Counted from the stretch's first letter, positions 29,889 through 40,921 are shown. The stretch: 64,000 bases of DNA from an uncultured delta proteobacterium (GCA_963803975.1 CAWDOY010000008.1:38426-102425); one strand, 5' to 3'. The notes: generated from the letters alone by a model not told the origin. Translations and numbers: made by a program.

Positions 29889-31289
29889 TCATTTCGCGAT
29901 GCCGGCCACAGCGGCCTCGTGCGCCCTAAGGGCGCTGAGAACCTGCGGCGTCTCGTTCAATCCTTCCAGAATCAATTTGCACGACTGCGTGGCCCCGGTC
30001 AGGGCGTCCACATCCTTTTTCAGTTTCAGGGGCATCTTCTGGTCAGCCTTCTCAATGACCCGCTGCAGGAAGTCTTCAGCTGCAATGGGCACGCCATATA
30101 AATCAACCGATTCAATCAGGACGATGTTCTTGATTTTGCCCTTCTCGTCAAAAGAATACACAAAGTGAACATTGGTGCAGACATCACAGAAAACATCTTT
30201 AAAAACCTCCCGCACTAAAATCTTTTCCCCGTTTGTACCAATGCCGCATACACGGTCTGCTCATCATCCCGTCACTATTTTTTCAAACTTCTGAACGCCC
30301 GGAGCGGCCTTGTTTATATAGTCCATTAGCAAATTGTCCGGCAGTTCTTCCAGGTAGTAGCTTCTCACCTTGGCCAGAACCGCCATCAGGTTATCAAGGG
30401 AAATCTGGTCTTCACATAGCGGATCGCGCCCTTCTTGTTGATAATGAAAAGCTTACTACTTATGTGGAGAGCTTTGGGGCGGGACAACGCCATACAGCTT
30501 TGCCACCTCACCGTTTTCATCAACATAGACGGGAAAATTAACATAGTATTTCTTTCTGAAGGCTTTTACCTCTTCAAGGCTGTCTCCCACAGCAATGCGG
30601 ATTATATCAAGGTCCTCCCGTTTATACCGGCTGTACACGGTTTTAAGAATCTCTATGGCCTTCTGGACGCCCTCGCTGCGGACCGAGAAAAACCCCAGGG
30701 CAATGGTCTTGCTGCCGATACTCTCATACAGGTGAAAAGGCTCTCCCGTCGCTGTTCTTAAGGGTAAAATCCGGGGGCTTGATTCCACAGCGCGGCCCCC
30801 ACCGCACACGTTCTTTTCTCTGCAAGCGCCTGCTCCATAATGGGCGCAAGCTCAGCATCAATGGGCAATTCCCCCCGGTACCGTATGGTTCCGGTCCGGT
30901 CTATGATATCGATGAGGGGCACCGTGCGCACAGCGTACTTTGTGTATATTTCCTTCTGCGGGTCCGGCACCAGCGTCATAGTCGGGCTTGAAGTTCTTTT
31001 TGAACTCGGCAACTTCTTCCGCGTCATTGGCTATGGCAATGCCGATAACCCGCAGATTTTTATATTTCTGCACGATGCTGTTTATCTTCGGCACTTCTTC
31101 CCGGCAGGAGTGGCAGTAGGTGTTGAAATGCACCAGCATCACCACCTTGCCGCTGAGGCGCGCCAGGGACACCGGATTGCCGTCAAGATCCTTCAAGGAA
31201 AAGTCGGGCGCTTCCACGCCGGTCATGTCTGCCAGCGCCGCACCGGAAAGAAACAGAACCATACAGAAAGCTATCCATAATTTTTTCAT
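29889..31289 (-). CDS. secreted redoxin-redoxin-FMN-binding domain fusion (multiply frameshifted)
   Basis: signal peptide, APDFSL..YCHSC TlpA domain, second Cys-less redoxin, linker, then FCDVC and VDALTGAT. Confidence 0.65.
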
Positions 31290-31328
31290 AACCCCTCCAT
31301 GTTTAGTGCTGAGTGCTGAGTGATGCGT

Positions 31329-32087
31329 TCAGAGCATATCCGTTTTCCGTAGTCTGTCCTCTGTTGCCTCTTTTTCACTGGCCACAAGCCACTGATCACC
31401 AGTCACAATTCCGCTGACCCCAGCAGTCACTACAATCGCGTACCACAGCACCGCGAAGAAGTGACAGACGGTTCCCAGCAGAACAAACAGATGCCACACG
31501 AAATGGCCATACCGGACCCGCTGATCGGCGGCATAGAAAATGATGCCCCCTGTGTACGCGAGTCCTCCAGCTATTATCCACAACCACCCTGAGACAGGCA
31601 TGCGTTGCCACAGAGGCCGTATCGCGATCACCGCGATCCATCCCATCACGATATACAGGACGGTTGAGAGCCGGGGATAGCGGATACCGCCAGCCACCTT
31701 CAGGGTGATGCCGAGAGCCGCAACGCTCCACACCAGACCGAACAGCGTCCAGCCCCAGGCGCCGCGCAGGACGCCGAGCGTGAACGGGGTGTAGGTCCCC
31801 GCGATGAGAAGATAAATTGCACTGTGATCGATGACCCGGAACAGGCTTTTCGCCCTGTTCCGCGGAAGGGCGTGATAGAGGGTGGATGACAGGTACAACA
31901 GCACCACGGTTCCCGCGAACACGACCGCGCCGGCAATATCCGCCGCTCCTCCATGTCTGCTGGCCGCCAGTACGAGGAAAGGACCGGCGGCGAGGCCTCC
32001 CGCAAGACCGACCCCGTGGCTCACGCAGTTTGCGATCTCCTCGCCGGGAGTGTGCGCGCGTTTGTGATCCGGAAGAGTGTAGTTCAT
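31329..32087 (-). CDS. hemolysin III / PAQR family membrane protein
   Basis: EEIANCVSH, SSTLYH, DHSAIYLLIAGTYTP, HFVWHLFV. Confidence 0.92.
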   Translation of the reverse strand: MNYTLPDHKRAHTPGEEIANCVSHGVGLAGGLAAGPFLVLAASRHGGAADIAGAVVFAGTVVLLYLSSTLYHALPRNRAKSLFRVIDHSAIYLLIAGTYTPFTLGVLRGAWGWTLFGLVWSVAALGITLKVAGGIRYPRLSTVLYIVMGWIAVIAIRPLWQRMPVSGWLWIIAGGLAYTGGIIFYAADQRVRYGHFVWHLFVLLGTVCHFFAVLWYAIVVTAGVSGIVTGDQWLVASEKEATEDRLRKTDML

Positions 32088-32230
32088 AGCTCTCTAATCT
32101 TACAAATAATATTTAAGCTGTCAATTTTTTTAGTATTGCCGCTCAGGATGCACGGCGCGGGAAACTGCGGATAACTGGACAAAAGTGAGGGGGTTTTCTG
32201 GGATTACGGGAAAGGCAGGCACTGATTGTC

Positions 32231-33123
32231 TTAATCAGTGCTTGCCGGCCTTGTCTTGATTGTCTTTTTTTTCTCTGTCGCATAGCTGAACTGCGCGACA
32301 GCGGGAGAGGCTTGCGTCAGCAGGCGCTCTGCCGGCTCGCCTTTTACATAGTGATTCATGAAGGCAAGGCTGTACGCGATAATTTCCCTGCGCAATGATG
32401 TTCTTGCCAATGTTGGTCCAGGCAAGGTGTCCGGCCTTTTTAAACTCCACATAATATTTCGGCGCCGGCGACTGCTCATAGCTCAACCCGGATTTATCTA
32501 TCCTTGGTGTGGCGCCGTAATCCCAGGTGCCGCCCTGGTACATCACCGGCACGGACAAATCTGCAAGCGTCTTGTGCAGGATGAACGGCTGGCTGTAAGG
32601 CGAAAGCGCCAGCACCGCCTTTACGCCGGTGAGTTTCCAGCTTGGCCAGGCCCCGCATAATCCAAGCACCGTGTACCCTCCCAGGGAATGTCCCGCAAGC
32701 CCCAGGCGCGACCAGTCCACGCATGTCCGAAAACGCTCGTCTGCCCGGATGGCATCGATCAGTCCGCGAATATCATCGGCGCGGTCGTGGTAACTGGTGT
32801 CATTCCATGTCTCAGGCTTGCGCAGCGGCTTTGCTGCCCTGCTGTACCAGCGTGCTTTACCGCTCGTTACAGACGGCATCGCGGTGATTGGGAGCAAAGA
32901 CTATATAGCCGGCGGCCGCAAACGCTTCCATCAGAAAGCGCGACTGCGTCGCGCAACCATGAAAACCGTGAGAAAAGATAATGATTGGCTGCTTGACGGC
33001 CTTCTCCGTCTCCTTCGACCATACGGTCACCTCCAGGCCTGCGAGCTTGACTGTCTGTTCTGAGGCTTGCGCTGTGGCAAAGCTCAAAAGAAAGGTCACG
33101 GCTATCAGTATATAAAAGCGCAT
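32231..33123 (-). CDS. secreted alpha/beta hydrolase (frameshifted)
   Basis: signal peptide, IIFSHG, APNH, GHSLGG, AGHLAW spread over frames. Confidence 0.75.
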
Positions 33124-33157
33124 TAAACTCTTGCCTGCCAATAGGTTGAAATTTTTT

Positions 33158-33203
33158 AATCGCTCGCAATGACACGCGCCGGGACTTTTTACGGGACCAT
33201 CAA
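33158..33203. repeat. partial intergenic repeat/MITE end
   Basis: TCGCTCGCAATGAC followed by GACTTTTTACGGGACCATCAA, motifs recalled as ends of dispersed deltaproteobacterial repeats. Confidence 0.35.
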
Positions 33204-33240
33204 AGTTAGATTGGGGAGATTATAATTGAGGTATATTTTG

Positions 33241-33317
33241 TGGTGGAGATGAAGGGACTCGAACCCTCGACCCCTACCGTGCGAAGGTAGTGCTCTCCCA
33301 AACTGAGCTACATCCCC
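33241..33317 (-). tRNA. tRNA-Ala(CGC)
   Basis: 77-nt cloverleaf GGGGATG...CATCTCCACCA, anticodon loop TTCGCAC, G3:U70 pair, encoded CCA. Confidence 0.97.
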
Positions 33318-33450
33318 ACCGATTAACGCATAAATAAGTTAAACTATAATACCACCTTAATTGTTTTTACTCAAGCGTTTTTACTTCTGGATTTTTAATA
33401 AAAATTTCTGCATAATCTACTAATATATTCAAAAGTGTCTGGAGGACTAC

Positions 33451-33987
33451 ATGCTTAATACTATCAAATCGCATTTAGACACTAAGCTCTGGATTGTCAT
33501 TCTGCTCATCGGGCTTATTCTGTGCTTTATGGGCAATCAGGTTTTTTTAAAATCATTGTTTGTGTTTGGCTTTTTAGCGCTGGCGCTGCCGGGGTACCTG
33601 GTGGGCAACCAGACCTACGGGCTGCCGGGCGGGATATTCGGTCTGTTTGCAGGCGGCATTCTCGGAGGCATATTATTTATAAGCCTCTATCAGGTTGGCC
33701 TGTTTATGCTGGGACTTCTTGTGGGGGGAGCTATCGGATTGATTCTGAGCGGTGAAATGCTGCTGCCAGCTGTTCTGGGTATTCTCACCGGTATCGCCTT
33801 TGTGGTGTTCTCAGGGGAATTCATCATTTTTGGAACAGCGCTTATCGGCTCCTATATTGTCTGTGAAAGCCTCTTCGCGCTGCTTCTTCCGGGATGGATA
33901 GTCGCTCCGGGGATGGTTTTTGCTTTTAAGCTCATTATCTTTGTGCTGGGGATGCTGTTTCAGATCGGCATCCAGGGCAAACACTGA
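33451..33987 (+). CDS. DUF4203/TMEM198-like membrane protein
   Basis: Gly-rich multi-TM protein, GLILCFMG..TALIGS..GMLFQ. Confidence 0.65.
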   Translation: MLNTIKSHLDTKLWIVILLIGLILCFMGNQVFLKSLFVFGFLALALPGYLVGNQTYGLPGGIFGLFAGGILGGILFISLYQVGLFMLGLLVGGAIGLILSGEMLLPAVLGILTGIAFVVFSGEFIIFGTALIGSYIVCESLFALLLPGWIVAPGMVFAFKLIIFVLGMLFQIGIQGKH

Positions 33988-34004
33988 TATCGACTGCGGG
34001 ACCT

Positions 34005-35152
34005 TCACAAAAGCTTCGCATATATATCCTCAAGCTTCTTTGCCTGCTTCTTCCCGTCGTATTCTGCTTCAACATGTTCCCTGCCGGCTTTCCCAATCTC
34101 CTCCCACTTCTGCGGATGGGTGATTAAAAATTCAAGCCGCTCTGCTAATGCATCTGCATCTCTCTCCGGCACCAGAAAACCGCTCCGGTTGTCAAGGATA
34201 ACCTCCGGTATATCGCAGTGGAGGGTTGATACGACCGGCATTCCGTAAGCAGACATCTCGATAAGCGTGACCGGCGCGCCTCCTTCTGTTTCCCCGTCAG
34301 AGCCGCGCATGCTCGGCGCAAGGAATATATCATGCTTCTTTGATTCTTCGATAAATTGCGGGTAGGGAAGAAACCCGAGGTAATTAATTGTATCGCGCAG
34401 GTTTTTATTTTCAATGACCCGCATTATTTCCTTTTTGTACTCAACCTCCCGCTGGCTCCTGCCCGCATCACCGATAAGCGTAAGCTCGACCTTCGGGTAT
34501 TTTTCAATAATCTTTGCGAACGCTTCAAGCCCGTAGGTGATACCCTTTTTATCCCTGAAGGTGCTGGCCATGAGAATTCTCACCTTTCTGTCTGCTTCCA
34601 GCCGGCGCGGAATGAACGGTATCTTCTCCAGGTCAACCCCCAGGCGCTGGACAGTGACTTTTGATGCATCGCAGCCAAGCTCAACAAGGGTCTTTTTCAT
34701 GTGGTTACCCTCAGCCAGCATGCAGCTCGCACCGGGCAAACAGCTCTTTGTACCTGCTGCGCCACTTGCTGTCCTGGGGCATCATTGAAGCATCATGGCC
34801 GTAAAAGGTGGTGACCTGCGGTATATTCAGTTTCTCCTTTAGTCTTAAGATCATAATAGCCGCGGTTGCCAAAGTGCGATTGCAGCAGAGCGGGATTTTT
34901 TTTCCTCAAGACTTTGTAAAAGAAGGGGTAATAAAAATCGGTGCGCTTGGCATAGGCGCGCTGCAAAAACCTGTTGAGCGGTGCAAGGTCGCTGATGAAG
35001 TACGCGTCCGGCCAGGGAAAGATATCAAGGTTCTGCTTGCGGGTGGCAATGACCAGGGAATCAAACCGGGTCACTTGTTTAAGCTGGCTGTAGATCCAGC
35101 TCCCGGTGCGGAACAGATAGGTATGAAGGGAATGTACAACAAGCTGTTTCAT
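34005..35152 (-). CDS. GT4 glycosyltransferase (WcaL-like, frameshifted)
   Basis: QSHFG, KKGITY, ETEGGAPVTLIEMSAYGMPVV. Confidence 0.85.
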
Positions 35153-35291
35153 GTAGTATGTGCTCTGCTCTTGAATCAGTTATGACCATACCGGCGCGCC
35201 AGCGGTCTATCGGGGCCTGAATAAGTTCGAATCTCTGCTGATGACCTTACTTCTTCTTTCAGAAATAACCAGCGAGCAGGGCGGAATAAAA

Positions 35292-36217
35292 TCATTTCCA
35301 CCGATAGGATGCAAAGTCAAGCTGCTCCGCCCCGAATGATTTTTTAAATTTAATAACCCCTTCCATGTCCATGCTGTGCACCCATATCGTAATACGTAAA
35401 GTTGTTTTCACACGCCCATTTAATAGCCTCATAATGAAGCAGATTGTTTGGATAGTCTTTGAAAAAATCTTCCCGCGAGCACCCGTGCCAGTACAAAAGC
35501 TTTTTCTGCCAGGCAAGCACGATGATTCCCGCGATAACCTGCCCCTCTTTTTCAGCAAGGTAAAAATGAATATGGGGATCTTTTTGTTCAAACAGATTGA
35601 GAAACAGCTGCCGCGGATAGAAGGCGATCGTTTTCCCTCCCCATCTTTTTAATGTCTGTTCGTAGATATCAAAATAGCAGGTGATGCCCTGTTCTGTTTC
35701 AGCCCTGCGGACCGTAACCTGTTTTTTCTGCGCCTGTTTGATATTGCTTTTCTGCCCGCGGCTGAATCCCTGCCAGAGTTCATCAAAGCCGGGGGATAGA
35801 TCAATTACCTGCGTGTACATCTCTTTCGTTTTCATTTGCGGAGGAAACAAAAATTGCTTGAACGGGTTCCCGACAATGCGTCCCTCGGTATTTTTTATAT
35901 TAAGTACATAATGCAAGTATCTCGTCAACCTCCGGCTGAGAAAGCTCCCGGTCTGCAACAAGGCCGCCATAGACACCCGGCTCCATGGATTTATACCGTT
36001 TCCCGGTTTTTAAAAATTTTCTTTTTTCCTCAACAACAAACGGGATAACAGCCCTGGCGCCGCTCTCCATAATAAACCCCAGCGTCGCAGGGGCGTACTG
36101 GGGAAAGGTTTTTGCGATAACCAGCGCCCATCCCGGCGCATGAAAATAGGTCGCCCAGGGGCACGCCTCAGCAACGTCCTGCCAGAAGTCGAGCGGCGCA
36201 GGATTTAAAACGCGCAT
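35292..36217 (-). CDS. FemAB-like GNAT family protein (frameshifted)
   Basis: ATYFHAPGW, YGG, NIKQAQKK, YPNNLLH, FKKSFGA. Confidence 0.8.
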
Positions 36218-37155
36218 TATTTTTTTCTCCAGCGGTACTTCCAGTGGCCTGAAAGAAATTCATATTTTTCAGCGCCAAAGGACTGCTTGAACCGCGCCAC
36301 CCCGTGCTGGCCGCCGCTGGGTCCAAAATCATAGCAGCGGAAGCCCTTGTGCAGCGCATCGCTCATAACGGTCATGTGCAGGAGGTTGTTCGGGTAGCAG
36401 TCAAAATAGTCCTGCAGCGAAGCGCCGTGCCAGTATGACACCACCTGGTTCCAGTAAAAGATAATCGCACCGGCAATGATGGTGCCGTCTTTTTCTGCCA
36501 CCCAGAGCTTCGCCGCGTCTCCCCCGTGCCGGTATATATTCAATAAGAGCTCCTGCGGATAAGCAAACAGGGTTGCTTCGCCCCATCGTTTAAGGGTATC
36601 CTGGTAAATGTTAAAATATCGCAGCACCTCCTCTTCACTGCGGGCAGTTCTCACGCTGACACCTTTTTTCTTTGCCTGATTAAGATTACTTTTCGCTCCC
36701 CGGGAAAGGCGCTTAAGAACCTCTTCTTCTGTGGTGTCCAGCGCGAACACATGGGTAAAATCTTTTTTCAGGGTAAACGTGTCAGGTATTGCATACTGAG
36801 AGAACGGGTTGCCATCGACAGAAATGCTTGCCTTCAGGGAAAGGAGATAATCATACATAGCGCTCTGCTCAGGCACTGAAAGTTTGCTTTCCGCTATGAT
36901 CCCTCCATAGCCGCCGAAAACAGAGGATTTCAAACGGGCTTTGCCCTTCAGCAGCCCACCCTCCCTGGTCTGAATGAGCGGGAACACCGCCTTCCTGCCA
37001 TCACTGAAAATGAACCCCCGCGTGGCAATAGCGTAATCCGCATAGGTTCTGACCACAAGGTCATGCCACAGCGGCGTGTGAAAAAATGTGCTCTCAGGAT
37101 TTTTGCTGACGACCGCATTCCAAAAGGAAACGTCAGGCCAGATTTTAATTTCCAT
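36217..37155 (-). CDS. FemAB-like GNAT family protein
   Basis: STFFHTPLW, GYGG, YPNNLLH, YDFG, FKQSFGA. Confidence 0.85.
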   Translation of the reverse strand: MEIKIWPDVSFWNAVVSKNPESTFFHTPLWHDLVVRTYADYAIATRGFIFSDGRKAVFPLIQTREGGLLKGKARLKSSVFGGYGGIIAESKLSVPEQSAMYDYLLSLKASISVDGNPFSQYAIPDTFTLKKDFTHVFALDTTEEEVLKRLSRGAKSNLNQAKKKGVSVRTARSEEEVLRYFNIYQDTLKRWGEATLFAYPQELLLNIYRHGGDAAKLWVAEKDGTIIAGAIIFYWNQVVSYWHGASLQDYFDCYPNNLLHMTVMSDALHKGFRCYDFGPSGGQHGVARFKQSFGAEKYEFLSGHWKYRWRKK

Positions 37156-37303
37156 AGTGTTTACAAATCGTGGATAATCAGGAAATACTAAAAAACATTT
37201 GCACCTCATTGTCAATACATTCTTCCGGCAGTAAGGCATTGACAAAAGGCAAGGGGTAACATATAAAAACGTGGCAGCGAATTGACCGCTTACAGCAGTC
37301 CCG

Positions 37304-38446
37304 ATGAAACCACTAAACATCCTTCATGTTGCCAGTCATAATGTAATCCAGGCAGGCGGCGCGATCCAGATGATGCGTCTTGCCCGGGGGTTGAAAGAGC
37401 GCGGCCACCATGTGGTCTGCGCTTTCAATATCAGGCAGGATGATGACATTCCCGGGCGCGGCACCTTTGCCCCGCTGCATGAAGCAGGCATAGAAACGCT
37501 CAGCTTTCCCATGCAGCGGCTGCAAAAATACGGCGGCATGCTGCGCTTCAGAAGGCTTTTGTCTGCACGCCGGTTTGATGTAGTCCACGCCCACCGCTTC
37601 AGAGCCCTCAGGTTTGTCTGTACGGCAACGCTGGGAATGAAGCTCCCCGCTCTTGTTGGCGACCGGAAAAACAGCTATCCTGTTCCACGCAGCTGGGCCA
37701 GGGTGTACGGCAAAGATGCTGTTGACCGGATTATAGTCAACGCGGAAATCATCAGATCAATACTGCTCGAGACCGGCCGTGTTGACGCGCGAAAGATTGA
37801 GCTGGTCTATAACGGGGTGGACCTCAAAAGCTTTCATCCGCAGGTTGACGGCAGCTTCATCAGGCAGGAGCTGGGCATTGATAAAACGATCCCCGTCTTT
37901 GGTTTGATTGCCAACTTTGCCGCAAAAAAATCTCACGATGTTTTTTTTGCCGCTGCCATGAAGGTGCTTGAAGAAGCCCCGGAGGCCATCTTTCTCCTGG
38001 TGGGCGGCGGAGATCACAGCCGCTACGAAGCACTGGTCAAAGACCGGGGACTCGATACAAATTTTATCTTTACCGGCTTCCGCTCTGATATACCCCGGGT
38101 CATCGCGGGCCTTGATTTCTCTCTTATCTCCTCCGGGAAAGGCGAAGGCCTCACCGGCAGCCTGGTTGAGTCGATGGCCATGGCAAAGCCGGTCATTTCA
38201 ACCGACGTGGGCGCAAATGCTGAGTTCGTAAAGGAGCGGGATACCGGGCTCCTTGTCTCTCCCGGCAGTCCCGAGCAGCTTACCGGAGCAATGCTGTATC
38301 TGCTTCGAAACAGGGCAGAAGCTCTGGCAATGGGGCAGCGGGCGTATGCCTTTGTGAAGGACAAGGTGGACAATGAACAGCGCACCCTGCGCATGGAAAA
38401 AATTTATTACGCTATTTTAAAGGAAAAGGGCTTAGCCACAGATTAA
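37304..38446 (+). CDS. GT4 glycosyltransferase
   Basis: YNGVD, FTGFRSD, EGLTGSLVESMAMAKPVISTDVG. Confidence 0.92.
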   Translation: MKPLNILHVASHNVIQAGGAIQMMRLARGLKERGHHVVCAFNIRQDDDIPGRGTFAPLHEAGIETLSFPMQRLQKYGGMLRFRRLLSARRFDVVHAHRFRALRFVCTATLGMKLPALVGDRKNSYPVPRSWARVYGKDAVDRIIVNAEIIRSILLETGRVDARKIELVYNGVDLKSFHPQVDGSFIRQELGIDKTIPVFGLIANFAAKKSHDVFFAAAMKVLEEAPEAIFLLVGGGDHSRYEALVKDRGLDTNFIFTGFRSDIPRVIAGLDFSLISSGKGEGLTGSLVESMAMAKPVISTDVGANAEFVKERDTGLLVSPGSPEQLTGAMLYLLRNRAEALAMGQRAYAFVKDKVDNEQRTLRMEKIYYAILKEKGLATD

Positions 38447-38451
38447 CACGA

Positions 38452-38826
38452 ATGGACACCAATGAAGATATAATTCTCTATAAGGATCTGTCATATAGAA
38501 TCATTGGACTTGCCATGAGAGTTCATAGTGTCTCGGTCATGGCTTTCTGGAAAAAGTCTATGAAAAAGCATTGATGGTATTACTGAGAAGGAAAATATTG
38601 AAGCAGCACAACAGGCCCCGATAACAGTACTTTGAAGGCGAAGAGTTGGAAACTATTATGCTGATATTTTAGTTGAAATAAAATAATATTAGAAATTAAA
38701 TCAGCAGAACAGATATTGATGCCACCGGGCACAAGCCCTTCATTACTTGAAAGCAACCGGTCTCGGTTAGCGATTATTCTGAACTTCGGTAAAGAAAAAC
38801 TGGAATACGAAAGAATGGTAAAATAA
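38452..38826 (+). pseudogene. GxxExxY protein, heavily frameshifted, flanked by inverted short repeats
   Basis: manual translation LSYRIIGLAMRVH..GHGFLEKVYEKAL..YYADILVE..IILEIKS..AQALHYLKATG..ILNFG. Confidence 0.85.
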
Positions 38827-38899
38827 ATTCGTGATTCGTGTAATTCGCCTATGAAAACAATCATTCCAAATTCGTGACTATTCGTGTAATTCGTGGCTT

Positions 38900-39619
38900 A
38901 TGAAAGCAATTATTCTTGCTGCCGGCTCAAGCAAACGGCTCGGCAAACTGACTGAACATACGCCCAAGTGCCTGCTGTCGCTCGGGGACAAAACCATACT
39001 GCAGCACCAGATTGAAAACCTCATCAGTAACGGCATCAGGGATATTGTCCTGGTGACCGGGTTCTGTGAAGAGATGATTAAACAGGCGTGCGGCTCCGCC
39101 TGCCGCTATATCAGCAACCCGCTCTTTGCGACCACCAACAGCATCTACTCCCTGTGGCTTGCGCGGGAAGAGGCACGGGAAGGATTTGTCGTGCTGAATT
39201 CTGACGTGGTGTTTCACCCGCAGCTGCTTGCCCGGCTGTTGAACTCACCCTATCCGGACGCACTTATCATCTCCTATCACGGCAGCCTGGGTGACGAGGA
39301 AATGAAAGTGAAAATTCAGGATGAACGGGTATGTGCTATCAGTAAAGAACTGAACCCTGAAGAGGCGCAGGGAGAAAATGTGGGCATCGTTAAATTTTCC
39401 CCGCAGGGCGCCAGGGTTCTGTTTGATAAAATCGAAGAGTTGGTAAGCGGGGGAACAGTCAATGCGTGGCTGCCCCTGGCATTTCAGAAAATCTGTTCTC
39501 ACTACAACCTCTTTGCGGTGAGCACCGATGGGCTTCCCTGGACTGAGATAGATTTCCCGGAAGACCTGGAGAAAGCCCGCAAAGAAATATATCCCCGAAT
39601 TCTTACCGCGAGCAGATAG
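38900..39619 (+). CDS. phosphocholine/sugar-phosphate cytidylyltransferase (LicC-like)
   Basis: KAIILAAGSSKRL, PKCLL, TNSIYSL, WTEIDFPEDL. Confidence 0.85.
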   Translation: MKAIILAAGSSKRLGKLTEHTPKCLLSLGDKTILQHQIENLISNGIRDIVLVTGFCEEMIKQACGSACRYISNPLFATTNSIYSLWLAREEAREGFVVLNSDVVFHPQLLARLLNSPYPDALIISYHGSLGDEEMKVKIQDERVCAISKELNPEEAQGENVGIVKFSPQGARVLFDKIEELVSGGTVNAWLPLAFQKICSHYNLFAVSTDGLPWTEIDFPEDLEKARKEIYPRILTASR

Positions 39620-39622
39620 AAC

Positions 39623-40711
39623 ATGAAAAGAATTTTATTCTGCGCTTCCACTCCGTTGAGTTACGCCATGTTTAAGCCCATCCACCGCAGGCTCAAAGAG
39701 GATGGAAGAGTTGAGATCTGGTTTACTGCCAACCACGATGCCGATGCGCTCTATGGTACGGTGGGCCTGCACAACGAAAAGACCGTCGGCAAATACCGCT
39801 CCATGCTGATGCGCTTTGACCTGTGTGTCTGCCCGAGCTTTTTCTACACGAGAAAGAACGCCCCGGTTAAGGTGCAGATCTTCCACGGGTGCTCCCTTAA
39901 AAACCGTGCCGTGCATAAGGATGCCCTCGAGTATGATAAGCTGTTCCTGGTCGGGCCCTACATGCAGCAGAAATTTATTTCCACGTGGAATCTGAAAGAA
40001 AATGACCCGCGGTTTGAAGAAATCGGCATGCCCAAGCTCGATGCATTTTTTGACGGCTCTCTCAATAAAAATGAAATTCTGGAAAAGCTCGGGCTGGACC
40101 CCGCGCTGCCCACGGTTATCTATGCCCCGACCCGCCCGACGCCGACCAGCTCATCCCTTTCCATGTACGGCCCCGAAACCATTGACACCATCGCGCAGAT
40201 GCCGGTCAATTTTCTTATCAAGCTCCATGACCGTTCATTCAGACAATGGCGGCCCAAGGGCAAGATTGACTGGGCGCAATGGCTGCAGAAATATGAGGGA
40301 CATAAGCGGGTGCGGGTTATTCATGATTATGATGTCGTGCCCTATCTTTTCGCCAGCGACCTGCTGGTGAGCGATATCAGTTCAGTGGTCAACGAGTTTT
40401 CGCTTCTTAACCGGCCCATGGTGCTGTTTGCCGTGCCCCGGCTCATCGCCTTTCATAAAAAGGTGGAGGCAAAGCGGGGTGTTGAATCATCTGACCTTGC
40501 GGACTGGGGGCAGGATGTGGGAACAGCAGTGCAGAAGCCGGACGAACTGCAAAAAGCTATTGCCTATTGCCTTGAGCATCCCGCGGAGAAGGAAGCGATG
40601 CGCAGGGAGTTTGCCCAGCGGTTCTTTTTCAATCCAGGACAGGCAACAGAAAAAGCAGTACAGAAAATCTATGAGCTGCTCGCGTTAGAACCCGCGCATA
40701 AAACAGCGTAA
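39623..40711 (+). CDS. CDP-glycerol glycerophosphotransferase (TagB/F) family protein
   Basis: QIFHG, GMPKLD, IYAPT, KLH, SDISSVVNEF. Confidence 0.85.
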   Translation: MKRILFCASTPLSYAMFKPIHRRLKEDGRVEIWFTANHDADALYGTVGLHNEKTVGKYRSMLMRFDLCVCPSFFYTRKNAPVKVQIFHGCSLKNRAVHKDALEYDKLFLVGPYMQQKFISTWNLKENDPRFEEIGMPKLDAFFDGSLNKNEILEKLGLDPALPTVIYAPTRPTPTSSSLSMYGPETIDTIAQMPVNFLIKLHDRSFRQWRPKGKIDWAQWLQKYEGHKRVRVIHDYDVVPYLFASDLLVSDISSVVNEFSLLNRPMVLFAVPRLIAFHKKVEAKRGVESSDLADWGQDVGTAVQKPDELQKAIAYCLEHPAEKEAMRREFAQRFFFNPGQATEKAVQKIYELLALEPAHKTA

Positions 40712-40726
40712 GGAGCATGCCATCTC

Positions 40727-40921
40727 ATGGGAACTAAAGAACCGATTGAACAAATAAAACCTGAAGATGAGCTTTCCACCTGCCCTGACTGCGGATATAC
40801 TGACGGGTTTCACGTCTCATTTAAAAAATCTACTCAGCCTGCCGGCTGGAATGTGCTGTTAATCTGCCCCCAGTGTCACCGCAAATACGCAGCAGCATGG
40901 CGCATACAGCTGGATGCTTGA
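40727..40921 (+). CDS. small zinc-ribbon protein
   Basis: CPDC..DGFH..CPQC, AAGGAG RBS. Confidence 0.7.
   Translation: MGTKEPIEQIKPEDELSTCPDCGYTDGFHVSFKKSTQPAGWNVLLICPQCHRKYAAAWRIQLDA

Noticed and set aside
13218..31289. Selenocysteine read-through in the redox genes
   Set aside because: Premature stops checked (e.g. 21055, 21963, near 30265) are explained by frameshifts and do not align with Cys positions
33241..33265. att duplication of the tRNA-Ala 3' end elsewhere in the window
   Set aside because: No second copy noticed and no integrase present
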